A stretch of 64,000 nt of DNA from positions 188 to 64,187 of IMG/VR virus record IMGVR_UViG_3300021091_000071; one strand, given 5' to 3'. Under the pieces are notes generated by a model. That model ran no database searches. It saw nothing but the letters and a program-made list of their open reading frames with translations, and was not told the DNA's origin. Shown piece after piece: positions 9,835 to 19,557 of this stretch. The position numbers and the translations under genes were made by a program. This DNA comes from a virus. Its lineage: Duplodnaviria; Caudoviricetes. Numbering within the stretch: the first letter of the stretch is position 1; every line of letters starts with the position of its first letter.

Positions 9835-10917
9835 ATGAAGCAAGACGAGCTCCTATCTAAAGCGTTCAAATCGCTTGATGCATTAAACCCAGAGGCTACC
9901 TTTCTCTCAGAGAACGCTCTGTGTAACGTCGACACTTGGTACGACACTGGCTGTTATGCACTTAACGCCATTGTATCAGGTAAACTTAAAGACGGTGGCG
10001 TGCCTAAGGGCCGTATTGTTATATTTGCGGGACCATCACAGACAGGCAAGACACTTCTTGTCAATAAGATTCTCGGACTAGCGCAAAAGAAAGGTATAGT
10101 ACCAGTTATCTTTGACACGGAGTTTGCAATTGACAAGACTACAACAGCAGGTGTTGGGCTGGACCCTGATAAGACCAAATATGTGCCAGTGTATACAATC
10201 GAGAATGCACGCAATCAAATCAGTACATTTCTTGATAGTATTGTAGAGAACAATCTACAAGGAAAATTTATTATAAGCTTGGATAGCTTAGGTAACCTTG
10301 CTGGTAGTAAAGAAGTTAATGATGTGGAGAAGGATAAAAGCGCCGCTGATATGGGTACTCGTGCTAAAGGATTAAAGAGCATGTTGCGCTTGCTGACTTA
10401 CAAAGCTGGCAGAGCCGGGGTTACTATTTTAATGACAAATCATACGTATAGTGATCCTGCATCACTATACCCCTCCTTAGTACAAAATCAAAGTGGTGGC
10501 AGCGGACCGCTATATATGGCTAGCGTTATTGTTCAGCTTGCTAAAAAGAACGAAAAGCAAGAGAGTGAAGACGAGGCCATTTTGCCAGAAGCAAAGAATT
10601 ATAACGGTGTTACCTTAAGAGCATTAACGGTAAAAAATCGATTTGTGCCGCCCTTTTTAGAAGCAAGTATAAATTTAAATTATTTAACTGGTCTCGATAA
10701 GTATAGTGGCTTGCTCGAGATGGCTGTTAACCATGGTCTAATTATTCAGACAGGTTCTACTTACACCAAACCAGACGGTACAAAGCTAGGATATGCCAAG
10801 AACTTTACTAAAGACTCAAAGTTCTATGAGGAGCTTATTCCTTTACTAGATAAAAAGCTTGAAGCCGCGTACAAATATGGTAATGTATCTGGCGAAACTG
10901 TAAGTGAAAAAGCCTAA
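9835..10917 (+). CDS. uvsX: UvsX/RecA-like recombinase
   Basis: DTGCYALNAIVSG, GPSQTGKT Walker A, FDTEFA, LDSLGNL, DMGTRAK, TNHTY, SGGSG and KNRF. Confidence 0.93.
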   Translation: MKQDELLSKAFKSLDALNPEATFLSENALCNVDTWYDTGCYALNAIVSGKLKDGGVPKGRIVIFAGPSQTGKTLLVNKILGLAQKKGIVPVIFDTEFAIDKTTTAGVGLDPDKTKYVPVYTIENARNQISTFLDSIVENNLQGKFIISLDSLGNLAGSKEVNDVEKDKSAADMGTRAKGLKSMLRLLTYKAGRAGVTILMTNHTYSDPASLYPSLVQNQSGGSGPLYMASVIVQLAKKNEKQESEDEAILPEAKNYNGVTLRALTVKNRFVPPFLEASINLNYLTGLDKYSGLLEMAVNHGLIIQTGSTYTKPDGTKLGYAKNFTKDSKFYEELIPLLDKKLEAAYKYGNVSGETVSEKA

Positions 10918-11647
10918 AATAGTAGTTCCATTCTCTGGTGGGATGGATAGTACAGTTATCCTACACCGCGCAATTAATGAGGTAGGCGCCGATAGTGTAC
11001 ATTGCTTAACTTACGACTATAATCAAAGACATAAAAACGAGATATCTGCAGCCATGTGGTATGCACAACACATGAAAGTTGGTGAACTACTGGTAATAGA
11101 CGTTTCTTTTATTAGGGATTTAGCCCCTGTAAGTAGCTTAACTAATGATGAAATTCCTACTCCTGATGTCAGACAAGTAGCAGGTGAAGCACAGCCTAAA
11201 TCATATGTACCTAACCGGAATATGATTTTTTTAAGTATTGCCGCATCTTATGCAGAATCTATAGGTGCAAACAAAGTTTACCACGGTGCTACAAAAGTAG
11301 ATAGTTTGGCTGGGTATTGGGATGCTAGTCCAGAATTTTTACCCAGCATTAACGATGTGTTGGCGTTGAACCGAGAAACTAGAATAACAGTAGAAGCACC
11401 GTTAATCGAAATGGATAAAACAGATATTGTTAAAGAAGGTATAAAACTCGGCGTTTTGTTTAGTAAGACATATACTTGTTATTCTGGGGAAGAAAAAGCA
11501 GATGCAAACTCTGTGAGTAGTGCGTTAAGAATTAAAGGGTTTGCTAACGCTGGTTACATAGACCCTCAACCATATAAACAGGATTTATCTGACGTATGGA
11601 AAAAATATAAGTGTAGAAAAATTGAATACGATCAGTATAATGATTAA
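10904..11647 (+). CDS. queC: QueC-like PP-loop ATPase (7-cyano-7-deazaguanine synthase family) with a degenerate Zn motif
   Basis: SGGMDS PP-loop, YDYNQRH, YVPNRNMIFLSIA, GYWDASPEF, APLIEMDK and TYTCY. Confidence 0.85.
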   Translation: MKKPKIVVPFSGGMDSTVILHRAINEVGADSVHCLTYDYNQRHKNEISAAMWYAQHMKVGELLVIDVSFIRDLAPVSSLTNDEIPTPDVRQVAGEAQPKSYVPNRNMIFLSIAASYAESIGANKVYHGATKVDSLAGYWDASPEFLPSINDVLALNRETRITVEAPLIEMDKTDIVKEGIKLGVLFSKTYTCYSGEEKADANSVSSALRIKGFANAGYIDPQPYKQDLSDVWKKYKCRKIEYDQYND

Positions 11648-12361
11648 ATGTGCGGTATATTTGGTGCAAAAGAGTTTGATCGCTATTTAAAATTTTACGA
11701 CTTAAATAGAAAGAGAGGAAATTTTTCTACAGCATGTTGTGCTGTAACTGTTCAAGGAGACTTAATTATTCACAGATGGAGCGGATCTCCTGCATTAAAA
11801 GATGTTGAGAAAGAGATGAAGAATAGTTTTAAAATGGTTGAAGCTGAGACTAATATGCCCTGTACGCTAAAATATTTTCTCGGGCATACCCAAGCCCCAA
11901 CATCAGCCAAGAGAAAATATTCTAAGGACACTGCCCATCCTTTTGTTTATGATAATTGGATTATAGCACACAATGGGGTGCTTACTAATTTTAAAGACGT
12001 AAAAGAACATTTTGATCCTAAATGGAAAAACCCTGTTGATTCAAGCATTATCCCGTACGTAGTTAAGTCTGCTGAAGAAATTTTAGTAGGTAAAACGGAT
12101 AATATTGAAGTTGATAGCATGTCACATGCTTTATCTTTATTAAAAGGTACATTTGGTTTATGGTTTTTTGAATCCAACACAAAAAATATCTATATAGCAA
12201 GATGTGGATCGACAGTCTTTGCAAACGTACTTACAAATGAATTTAGTAGTATTGAATTTGAAAATTGTGAGCCAATTACTGAAGGTCATATCTATCAGTT
12301 AACAGCGGAAGGCATAACCACCGTTGGATTGTTTGATTTTGATAGTCCGTTTTTTACTTAA
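11648..12361 (+). CDS. Class II (Ntn) glutamine amidotransferase, stand-alone domain
   Basis: N-terminal MCGIFG (catalytic Cys), RG, GHTQAPT, AHPF, AHNGVLTN and VDS. It starts immediately after the queC stop. Confidence 0.85.
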   Translation: MCGIFGAKEFDRYLKFYDLNRKRGNFSTACCAVTVQGDLIIHRWSGSPALKDVEKEMKNSFKMVEAETNMPCTLKYFLGHTQAPTSAKRKYSKDTAHPFVYDNWIIAHNGVLTNFKDVKEHFDPKWKNPVDSSIIPYVVKSAEEILVGKTDNIEVDSMSHALSLLKGTFGLWFFESNTKNIYIARCGSTVFANVLTNEFSSIEFENCEPITEGHIYQLTAEGITTVGLFDFDSPFFT

Positions 12362-13221
12362 TCGTTAAAGCTGAAGCCGCCAGGATCAAATCCTCTACCG
12401 CGGCCTACCATTCCTAGCTCACGTGCAACAGAGCTTACATCATCACCTTCCGGGAAGTCCTCAATAGTTTCTACCTCACCGGTTCCTTCTCCTTCTTTAG
12501 TCTCAATTTCTTTTTTCTTTGGTACCATTACACCAGCAGCAACTAATTGATCCAACAAATCAAACGATCTAATTTTTAATTGGTCTGCTTTATCTCTGCC
12601 AGGGGCTTCATTGTACTCGCTTATAGCAGTTTTTACAGCACTTAAAACTTCATGCTCAGGAATATCTTCATCAGGTAAAGCTAGTACTATAGCTTTAATT
12701 TTTTTGTCAGCAACTTTTGCAGCTTTATCAATTTCATATACTGTTTCTGTTTTAACGGTCTTGGGCTCTGTGGCTTTAGCTTGTTTTTGAGCTTTAACCT
12801 TTTCGGCATCCATCTTCAATCCGCCAGAAATCTTTTTGGCATTTAATAGATATATTAAAATGTAATTTACTGTAAACCCTGCCATTGACGTGGGTATGTT
12901 GAACTTGTCCTTAAAAATGGGCGTTAATTCATTTATAAATGTTTTAGGGTCTCCTGGAAAAAAGTAAACTTCTTTACCATCAACAACTTTTCGTTCTTTG
13001 GTGTAATCTAAAATTGTTTGTGCCATTTCTTTTGCGATTTCTGTTTCAGGCTTCCCTGTGGCTGCTGCTATTTTAGAAATAGCTCCCGCACCATACCCTT
13101 TGCCTTGACCTGGCAATGTTTTTGATGTAACAGGAGACACGTCAATATCTCCGCCCATTTCTACAGGTGCTTCTGTAATATGTTGATACGCTTCAAATAT
13201 TAACTTGTTATCGCGGTCCAT
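12358..13221 (-). CDS. Late hypothetical protein, candidate internal head protein
   Basis: Probable start is MDRDNKLIFEAY at 13221, 8 nt after a minus-strand TATAAATA (13230-13237). The longer ORF start would overlap the next gene. Confidence 0.65.
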   Translation of the reverse strand: MDRDNKLIFEAYQHITEAPVEMGGDIDVSPVTSKTLPGQGKGYGAGAISKIAAATGKPETEIAKEMAQTILDYTKERKVVDGKEVYFFPGDPKTFINELTPIFKDKFNIPTSMAGFTVNYILIYLLNAKKISGGLKMDAEKVKAQKQAKATEPKTVKTETVYEIDKAAKVADKKIKAIVLALPDEDIPEHEVLSAVKTAISEYNEAPGRDKADQLKIRSFDLLDQLVAAGVMVPKKKEIETKEGEGTGEVETIEDFPEGDDVSSVARELGMVGRGRGFDPGGFSFND

Positions 13222-13224
13222 ATC

Positions 13225-13252
13225 TTGATTATTTATAGAAGTGTAGTATAAT
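13225..13252 (+). promoter_or_regulatory. sigma70-type promoter TTGATT-N16-TATAAT overlapping a minus-strand late promoter TATAAATA
   Basis: The -10 box ends 6 nt before GTG 13259, and TATTTATA lies at 13230-13237. Confidence 0.65.
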
Positions 13253-13258
13253 TTTAAT

Positions 13259-13915
13259 GTGAGTCCTATAGGTATTTTTTCGTTAAGTCCTTTAAAATCA
13301 GATTGTTTGTTAGAGAGAAGTCTTAAAGATGAGACCAACGTAGATCTAAACATTGTATACAACAATAAGAGTATCGGTCTTAGCGAATATTATAATAAAA
13401 TTATCAATAATGAAGACAATAATTACAAGTATACTATACTGTGTCACCACGATATTTCTTTGAGGTATGCAAATCTTATTAATTGCCTAGAGGACGGTTT
13501 GAAACAATATGATGTAATAGGGGTAGCAGGCGGTATAAATCCTGCTGTAAAAGAAAAAAATTTATGGCACTGGATGATGGACCGTGCTGACTATAGAGGT
13601 ATTGCCGCTCACAAATACAACGAAGGTAGAATGTTTATATCTGCTTTTGGTTGTTTTCCGGACCGGGTGGCAGTTTTGGATGGCGTGTTTCTTGCGTTTG
13701 AAACAGAAAAAATTCGCAACAGTGACGCTAGGTTTGACGAGAAATTTAAATGGCATCACTATGATATCGACTTCAGTCTTACATGTAATGTTAATAAATT
13801 AAAGTTAGGAGTATGGCCAGTTTTTGTATACCATGAAAGCCCTGGATTAAAAGATATAAATGATATAGAATGGAATAAGAGCAATGAATACTTTAGACAA
13901 AAATGGAATAGTTAA
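13259..13915 (+). CDS. GT-A fold (GT2-like) glycosyltransferase
   Basis: ILCHHD, VIGVAG, VAVLDGVFLA, FDEKFKWHHYDIDFSL and VYHESPG. Confidence 0.75.
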   Translation: MSPIGIFSLSPLKSDCLLERSLKDETNVDLNIVYNNKSIGLSEYYNKIINNEDNNYKYTILCHHDISLRYANLINCLEDGLKQYDVIGVAGGINPAVKEKNLWHWMMDRADYRGIAAHKYNEGRMFISAFGCFPDRVAVLDGVFLAFETEKIRNSDARFDEKFKWHHYDIDFSLTCNVNKLKLGVWPVFVYHESPGLKDINDIEWNKSNEYFRQKWNS

Positions 13916-15236
13916 AAAGCAATTAGATTTAGATTTCTATGAGACAGTTGTAATATACAACTGCCTCGTGGATTCAGTTTACCTTGCGTCAATTATAGAT
14001 TTTCTCGAGCCACGTTTTTTTAAGAACAAAGATATTAAAAATATTATTACTATTATAATAAAATTTTTTAAAGAACGAGGCACAGTACCTACTCATACAG
14101 AGCTAAAGGCCTATCTCATAGATGACGACTTAAAGACCAGCTTCAAAACAGTAGTTAGCATGTTTACTGATATTGATAAGAAATTTGATAAAGTCGAACT
14201 GGCAGATAATACTGAACTTTTTTTGAGGGAAAAAGCTGTTTATAATACACTGCTTGATGCTGCTGAAAAATTGGATAGTAAAAATCTAAACACCACCGAC
14301 TTACTGGTGAAAATGGAAAAAGCTGTTGGTATAAATTTAACTCAGGATCTTGGATTAGAATTATTTAGCGAGGTAGATCTGTTTATTAAAGATTTGCACA
14401 GTGAAGAGCCGCATATTAAGACTGGCTGGAAGTGGCTTGACAATAAGTTAGGTGGTGGTCTTTTAGAAAATGGTAGATCCCTCTATGTATTTGCTGGCGA
14501 AACAAACGTAGGTAAAAGTATTTTTTTGGGAAACGTAGCTTCAAATATTGCTCTTCAAGGCAAAACCGTTTTATTGATTTCTCTAGAAATGAGTGAAATG
14601 ATGTATGCACGTAGATTGTCTTCTTCTATAACTAGCGTACCTCTTAGCCATCTCAAAGAAGAATCAGAAACAGTGCGCCAACTTATTAAGCAATTTGCCC
14701 AAGGCAATAAATCCAAAATCATTATTAAAGAATTTCCACCTTCGACATTAACAGCCCTCCAGCTTAAAGCATATGTAAAAAAACTTATACAAAAAGGCAT
14801 AAAACCTGATTTGATTGTTCTAGATTATTTAAATCTTTTAGCTAGTCCCATAGGCAATAACAGTTATGAGAGAGTGTTGTATAGTGCACAGCAAGTGAGA
14901 GCGTTGAGTTATGAATTAAATTGTCCTATTGTGTCTGCTACTCAGTTAAATAGAAGCGGCTACAATATAGACAACCCAGGTCTTGAAACTATTTCTGAGA
15001 GTATCGGTCTAGCTACTACCGCTGACGCTATTATTTCTATATGGCAAAAAGATGAAGACAAAGAGCTAGGTATGATTAATATTGGTATGACTAAAAATAG
15101 GTTTGGGCCTAATTTTGGCAGTATAGCGCTTAAAATAGATTACCACACTCTGCAAATTACAGAAGACGAGACTGTTAATGAGAGTGACGAATCCAAGGAG
15201 TTTTCTAAAACGTTGACAGCATTGAGTGACAGTTAA
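13884..15236 (+). CDS. gp41: gp41 DnaB-like replicative helicase
   Basis: GETNVGKS Walker A, ISLEMSE, IIKEFP, LDYLNL, SATQLNRSG, SESIG and KNRFG. Confidence 0.94.
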   Translation: MNTLDKNGIVKKQLDLDFYETVVIYNCLVDSVYLASIIDFLEPRFFKNKDIKNIITIIIKFFKERGTVPTHTELKAYLIDDDLKTSFKTVVSMFTDIDKKFDKVELADNTELFLREKAVYNTLLDAAEKLDSKNLNTTDLLVKMEKAVGINLTQDLGLELFSEVDLFIKDLHSEEPHIKTGWKWLDNKLGGGLLENGRSLYVFAGETNVGKSIFLGNVASNIALQGKTVLLISLEMSEMMYARRLSSSITSVPLSHLKEESETVRQLIKQFAQGNKSKIIIKEFPPSTLTALQLKAYVKKLIQKGIKPDLIVLDYLNLLASPIGNNSYERVLYSAQQVRALSYELNCPIVSATQLNRSGYNIDNPGLETISESIGLATTADAIISIWQKDEDKELGMINIGMTKNRFGPNFGSIALKIDYHTLQITEDETVNESDESKEFSKTLTALSDS

Positions 15237-15292
15237 TTACACCGGGATTTTGATTGTGTCATTAATAAATTTTAGTAAAGCGTTGCTATTGT

Positions 15293-15559
15293 ATGAACTT
15301 TCACAATATTTACAGAGAAGAAACAGATCATCTTTTTAGATCGTTTTGTAGTTTTGTATGCATAGTCCTCAATAAAAAATATAATTTGGCTAATATTCTT
15401 CTACTCTATCTTCAGAACAAAAATGTAAAGAATTTGTTTAAATGTGTTCTTGATGTTGATAACGATGTAGCAGCAGTTAAAATTTTTCTTGAATTCGACC
15501 CTTCACTATGTAAGAGCAAATACATAATGAAGTATCTAAACGGTCGAAAAATAAAATGA
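15293..15559 (+). CDS. Hypothetical protein
   Basis: 88-aa ORF coupled (ATGA) to the next gene. Confidence 0.6.
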   Translation: MNFHNIYREETDHLFRSFCSFVCIVLNKKYNLANILLLYLQNKNVKNLFKCVLDVDNDVAAVKIFLEFDPSLCKSKYIMKYLNGRKIK

Positions 15560-16269
15560 CGGCAAGTTTAACCTTTACTTACGGAACAGAACGCGAAGAC
15601 ATCTACAAATTTAAGAGTAAAGATGTTGCTGATAGAGCTTTAAGAAATGCTTTAGATTTTAACCTGTACATGTTTCATAATTCTGAAACATCTTATATTA
15701 AAAAGGCAAAAGAGTACTTGAAGGGGTTTAATTTAACTTTAGCGGAAGGTTGTGGCACCTATCCTGCAGTTTTAGAGCAAGCATTAATTTTTCTGAAAGA
15801 TAAAGGCGTAACCAAGCTAGTATTTTTGCAAGACGACGTATTTACGAATGCAGAAACTTGTAATGAAAAAATTATGCTCAATCTAGCCGACTTTATTAAA
15901 AAGACTGATATGCCTTATGTGAATCTAGAGATTACATGTGAAGATGCTTCGCGTAAGATTCTTGAAGACAGAGGAGACTTTAAAATATACGACACAGACA
16001 CAGCCTATCACAAACAAATACGTTGGTCTTTTGATGATAGCCCCTATTATGCTAAGATGGACTTTGTTATGAATACTATCTATGACAATATATATTACGG
16101 TTATCCAGATATATGGTCTGCAGAATGGCATTTAAGACGTAAGTTCGATGCCTGCAATGTGCCCCGTTATGTTACAGACAGATGTTTTTTTCGTAGAGCC
16201 AATTTTGTTGGTAGACATAACCACAACAGGGAAAACGAATTAAAATATTTGAGAGAACATTTTTCATGA
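15556..16269 (+). CDS. Putative divergent GT-A glycosyltransferase-like protein
   Basis: A hydrophobic strand followed by a DD motif (KLVFLQDDVF) after a helix, then PYVNL and DIWSAE. The overall layout is GT2-like. Confidence 0.45.
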   Translation: MTASLTFTYGTEREDIYKFKSKDVADRALRNALDFNLYMFHNSETSYIKKAKEYLKGFNLTLAEGCGTYPAVLEQALIFLKDKGVTKLVFLQDDVFTNAETCNEKIMLNLADFIKKTDMPYVNLEITCEDASRKILEDRGDFKIYDTDTAYHKQIRWSFDDSPYYAKMDFVMNTIYDNIYYGYPDIWSAEWHLRRKFDACNVPRYVTDRCFFRRANFVGRHNHNRENELKYLREHFS

Positions 16270-16910
16270 TTTCGGAAAAATTTATCTATAATACTTTTTT
16301 ACGCATATCTAGATCACAGAGCGGGCTGCCGTTTAGATTAAGAAAGCAGTGGCATGGCTTTGAAGATACAGAATATTATCCATTAGTATTACGCCTCAAG
16401 AACTTCTTTAGTCGCAATCAAAGCGTGGATATGAATGAGTTTTTCGCCGCACCTTATACAGTATACCCCGGTGAGAGTGGGTTTGATTTAGCGTTTTATT
16501 CTTCACCAAAAGCTATTAAGGTATATACTATGTCGTTAAAGAAAAAAATGCTTTTACCACCTGACGATATGTATCATCTAGAGCACATATCTAGAGGGCT
16601 AAAATATATACAGCAATTTTGCTATACAAAGAAAATTCCTATAGAACAATACCTAAAGTATAAAGAGGGTGTACAGAGTGGTTTTGTTGTGCATTTAAAA
16701 AATAGAAAAATAAGCATTTATAATCTCTTTGCGTTTGCAGATTTTGACAAGTATTTAAAAGAAAATGACCCAGATTTGCTGAGATTCACTTTGGGCGAAC
16801 TTTACGATCAAATACCAGTATTCAGAACAAAATATCTTGGCAGTATTAAGGCCAAAGTATTAGCTGCATACGGGTTAGACAAAATAAAAAATATTTTAAA
16901 AAGTAGTTGA
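16266..16910 (+). CDS. Hypothetical protein, possibly a gp59-like helicase loader
   Basis: Basic, aromatic-rich 214-aa protein directly upstream of gp32, where gene 59 sits in T4. The call is positional only. Confidence 0.4.
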   Translation: MISEKFIYNTFLRISRSQSGLPFRLRKQWHGFEDTEYYPLVLRLKNFFSRNQSVDMNEFFAAPYTVYPGESGFDLAFYSSPKAIKVYTMSLKKKMLLPPDDMYHLEHISRGLKYIQQFCYTKKIPIEQYLKYKEGVQSGFVVHLKNRKISIYNLFAFADFDKYLKENDPDLLRFTLGELYDQIPVFRTKYLGSIKAKVLAAYGLDKIKNILKSS

Positions 16911-16934
16911 TTTACTTAAAAATCCCATTAGTAT
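16907..16934 (+). promoter_or_regulatory. sigma70-type promoter TTGATT-N16-TAGTAT
   Basis: The -10 box ends 7 nt before the gp32 ATG. Confidence 0.5.
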
Positions 16935-16941
16935 TATATCT

Positions 16942-17763
16942 ATGAGTACCATTACGACGTCGATGTTTGATAGCATAAAATCAGCCCTCTCCAAGGGGCC
17001 AGCGCAATCCCGAAACAAAGATATTCTCAAGGCAGAAGTAGGTAACACCTATACTGTTAGATTAATTCCTAATCTGGCGAATCCTTCCAAGACATTCTTT
17101 CACTACTATACATTTGGTTGGACGAGTTTTAGTACAGGTCAGTATGTTTCTGCAGTTAGCCCTTCCACCTTTGGTGCTAGGGACCCTATTGCAGAGTTTA
17201 GATATAAGGTATTGAAAACAGGTACAGAAGAGGAAAAGGCAAAAGCCCGCGCAATATTGCGCAGTGAAAAATGGCTTGTTAACGCATACATTGTAAATGA
17301 TCCTACCAATGAAGAAAACAACGGTAAGATTATGGTGGTTCGTTATGGTAAGCAGCTCCATAAAATCATTATGGATGCAATTGAAGGCGATGAAGCTGAG
17401 GACCTCGGCCCTCGTATTTTTGACCTTACTGACAAGGGCTGCAGCCTAAAGATCAAAGTTGAGCAGCAAGGTGATTACCCAACATATGTAAGCAGCAAGT
17501 TCGCATCGCCAAAGGCAATAGAAGGGCTTGACAAAGCTAAAATTGATGATATCCATAAGAATATTATTGATCTAGAGTCAGTATTTACAGTTAAGAGCTA
17601 TGACGAACTTAAGACTCTTCTCGATGAACACTATTTTTGTAATTCTGGTGAAAGCTCTGTAGCTGAAAAACCTGCAAAACAAGTTGTAAAAACTGTTGAA
17701 CCGACTGAAGATGTTCTGGAGGATGACACCGTGAAGCAGCTCCTTAAAGGATTGGATAGCTAA
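16942..17763 (+). CDS. gp32: gp32-like single-stranded DNA-binding protein
   Basis: VRLIP, DPIAE, NAYIVNDPTNEENNGK, YGKQLHKII, IFD, YPTYVSSKF and an acidic C-terminal tail. Confidence 0.9.
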   Translation: MSTITTSMFDSIKSALSKGPAQSRNKDILKAEVGNTYTVRLIPNLANPSKTFFHYYTFGWTSFSTGQYVSAVSPSTFGARDPIAEFRYKVLKTGTEEEKAKARAILRSEKWLVNAYIVNDPTNEENNGKIMVVRYGKQLHKIIMDAIEGDEAEDLGPRIFDLTDKGCSLKIKVEQQGDYPTYVSSKFASPKAIEGLDKAKIDDIHKNIIDLESVFTVKSYDELKTLLDEHYFCNSGESSVAEKPAKQVVKTVEPTEDVLEDDTVKQLLKGLDS

Positions 17764-18113
17764 TGGACGGTGATTTTTTCCGTCAAGTAGATCCAAGGTC
17801 TAGAGAGGCCCAGGAAGCACTGCGTGCCTTGCTTGGTACAACACTAGCGCAGCTAAATGAAATTGACAAGAATGTCGTTGGCAGCACTACAAATATCCGT
17901 GCTGTAAAGACAGATCTGAAGAATGTTCTTCAAAATATACAAACAGTGCAGCCGTCAGCACCGGAACCAGCACCTGCTCAGATACCAGCTCCTGCTCCAA
18001 TCCCTGAGGCCAGATTTATTCAGCATGTAGCAAACCCTGCTATTAATGAAGATAAAATTGATAAGATAATCGGTTTGCTAGAAGAAATAAAGAGCCTTCT
18101 CAAGAAGAGCTAA
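17763..18113 (+). CDS. Hypothetical protein (coiled coil with Pro/Ala linker)
   Basis: 116-aa ORF coupled to gp32 via TAATG. Confidence 0.6.
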   Translation: MDGDFFRQVDPRSREAQEALRALLGTTLAQLNEIDKNVVGSTTNIRAVKTDLKNVLQNIQTVQPSAPEPAPAQIPAPAPIPEARFIQHVANPAINEDKIDKIIGLLEEIKSLLKKS

Positions 18114-18141
18114 TTGCTTTTTAGCAACACCATTCTATAAT
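18114..18141 (+). promoter_or_regulatory. sigma70-type promoter TTGCTT-N16-TATAAT
   Basis: The -10 box ends 6 nt before GTG 18148. Confidence 0.65.
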
Positions 18142-18147
18142 GTTGTT

Positions 18148-18876
18148 GTGAAGATAACGATACCAGATAAAAAAATATTTTTAAACAGTTTTCTATCACC
18201 AATCAATAAAATTAGCGATAGCTGTATAATTACAGTTTCAGATAATGGACTATCATGCATTGCTCATACTGCGGACGCGGCTATTATACTACATACAAAT
18301 TACAAGCTTGATCTAGATATTGATAAGCCGTTTAATCTTAATGTAGCTGATGTTAAGAAAATTTATAAAGCGTTTGATTGTATTGGTAGTGATAGTTTTG
18401 TTTTTGAAGTAGATAATAACAGTTTAAATTATTCTGGAACAGAAATAAAGTTTAAATATCATTTGCTAGAAGACGGTATTATTACCAAACCTAAAATTAA
18501 TATAGAAAAAATTAATAGCTTGGACTTTCCAATAACATTTACTATTCAGTATAAATCTCTGGTTGAACTCTTAAGAGGCAGCACATTTACCACTGAGAGT
18601 AACAAACTGTATATCTATTCTGATAAAGGAAAGGTGTTTGGTGATTTAACTGACAAAGCAAGACATAATGTCGACAGCATGTCAATTCCATTGTGTGATT
18701 ACCAAGGGCAAGAATTACCCCCTATATGCTTGAACTTTGAACTAATTAGAATAATTAGCGGTGTGAGGGTGAAGCAGTTAGAGTGCCGTATTAATCCGAA
18801 AATTGGAATTATTGTATTCCAAATAGCGGATAATGTTGTCAATACTCAATATATAGCTTCTTCTTTAGTACGATGA
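18148..18876 (+). CDS. gp45: Sliding clamp (gp45/PCNA-like)
   Basis: 242 aa with a two-fold repeated alpha/beta clamp pattern, a KFKYHLLEDGII linker and a C-terminal TQYIASS strand, in a replication context. Confidence 0.7.
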   Translation: MKITIPDKKIFLNSFLSPINKISDSCIITVSDNGLSCIAHTADAAIILHTNYKLDLDIDKPFNLNVADVKKIYKAFDCIGSDSFVFEVDNNSLNYSGTEIKFKYHLLEDGIITKPKINIEKINSLDFPITFTIQYKSLVELLRGSTFTTESNKLYIYSDKGKVFGDLTDKARHNVDSMSIPLCDYQGQELPPICLNFELIRIISGVRVKQLECRINPKIGIIVFQIADNVVNTQYIASSLVR

Positions 18877-19238
18877 ATCCAAAAAATAAAATCAAGACAC
18901 CTGGCTATTTTATAAAGAGACTCAAGGATAATGGGTTTATTGTTCTCAAGGTTTTTCAAAACTATGGATCGCATGACCCTAGACGTTGGACGGTATTAGT
19001 TGACCCGGGCGTTGCTTCAATTTTTATTACTTGCTTTACTAACAAGAGTTTTAATGGCGAGATTATGTTTGAACTTAACGATGGTGGTATTTTGTTCAAC
19101 AGAAACTATAGTATTAAAACAGATAGTATTGAAGTGATAATAGATTATCTAATACAAAGAGGTGTTAATAACAACCCACGAGTAAGCCCTTACTACACAG
19201 ATAGGCCTAAATATAATAGTGAAGCGGCCAAACAATGA
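18873..19238 (+). CDS. Hypothetical protein
   Basis: 121-aa ORF coupled (ATGA) to the clamp gene. Confidence 0.65.
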   Translation: MNPKNKIKTPGYFIKRLKDNGFIVLKVFQNYGSHDPRRWTVLVDPGVASIFITCFTNKSFNGEIMFELNDGGILFNRNYSIKTDSIEVIIDYLIQRGVNNNPRVSPYYTDRPKYNSEAAKQ

Positions 19239-19557
19239 TGGTATGAATGCACCTGAGGATAGTAAACTTCAAAAGCTTGTCAAAATGGACAAAAAGCAAA
19301 TAGAAGGCTTGCTAAAATCTGCAATGCAGGATTATCTTGTAGCACAATCCAATGTAAAAGCTGAGAAAGCCAAAAATATTAATGCTTTAGGAACTATTGT
19401 TTCTGAATATTTAAAAGCATTTATTGTCATAGGCTATTCAGTGAACGGTGAGCCTGTTAACTTTGTGCATGCTACCAATCAGATGGACGCTGATGCCCTA
19501 TCAGCAGCAGTTAATAAGTTTATACTTCATTCTATTAATTCTGCCGAGGGTAAATGA
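19219..19557 (+). CDS. Hypothetical protein
   Basis: 112-aa ORF preceded by a late-promoter-like CTAAATA (19207-19213). Confidence 0.6.
   Translation: MKRPNNDGMNAPEDSKLQKLVKMDKKQIEGLLKSAMQDYLVAQSNVKAEKAKNINALGTIVSEYLKAFIVIGYSVNGEPVNFVHATNQMDADALSAAVNKFILHSINSAEGK

Noticed and set aside
10904-12361. QueC as part of a Qat or type IV CBASS defence locus
   Set aside because: No KAP ATPase, TatD, CD-NTase or TGT neighbours are present, and the context is a phage replication operon.
13222-13365. N-terminal extensions given by the ORF track (13365, also 25201, 39563, 39978, 54301, 55268)
   Set aside because: They overlap neighbouring genes, promoters or a terminator. Downstream starts fit the promoter or coupling pattern better.
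15237-15292. Possible tRNA or ncRNA in intergenic gaps
   Set aside because: All gaps are under ~90 nt and show no cloverleaf or T-loop motif.
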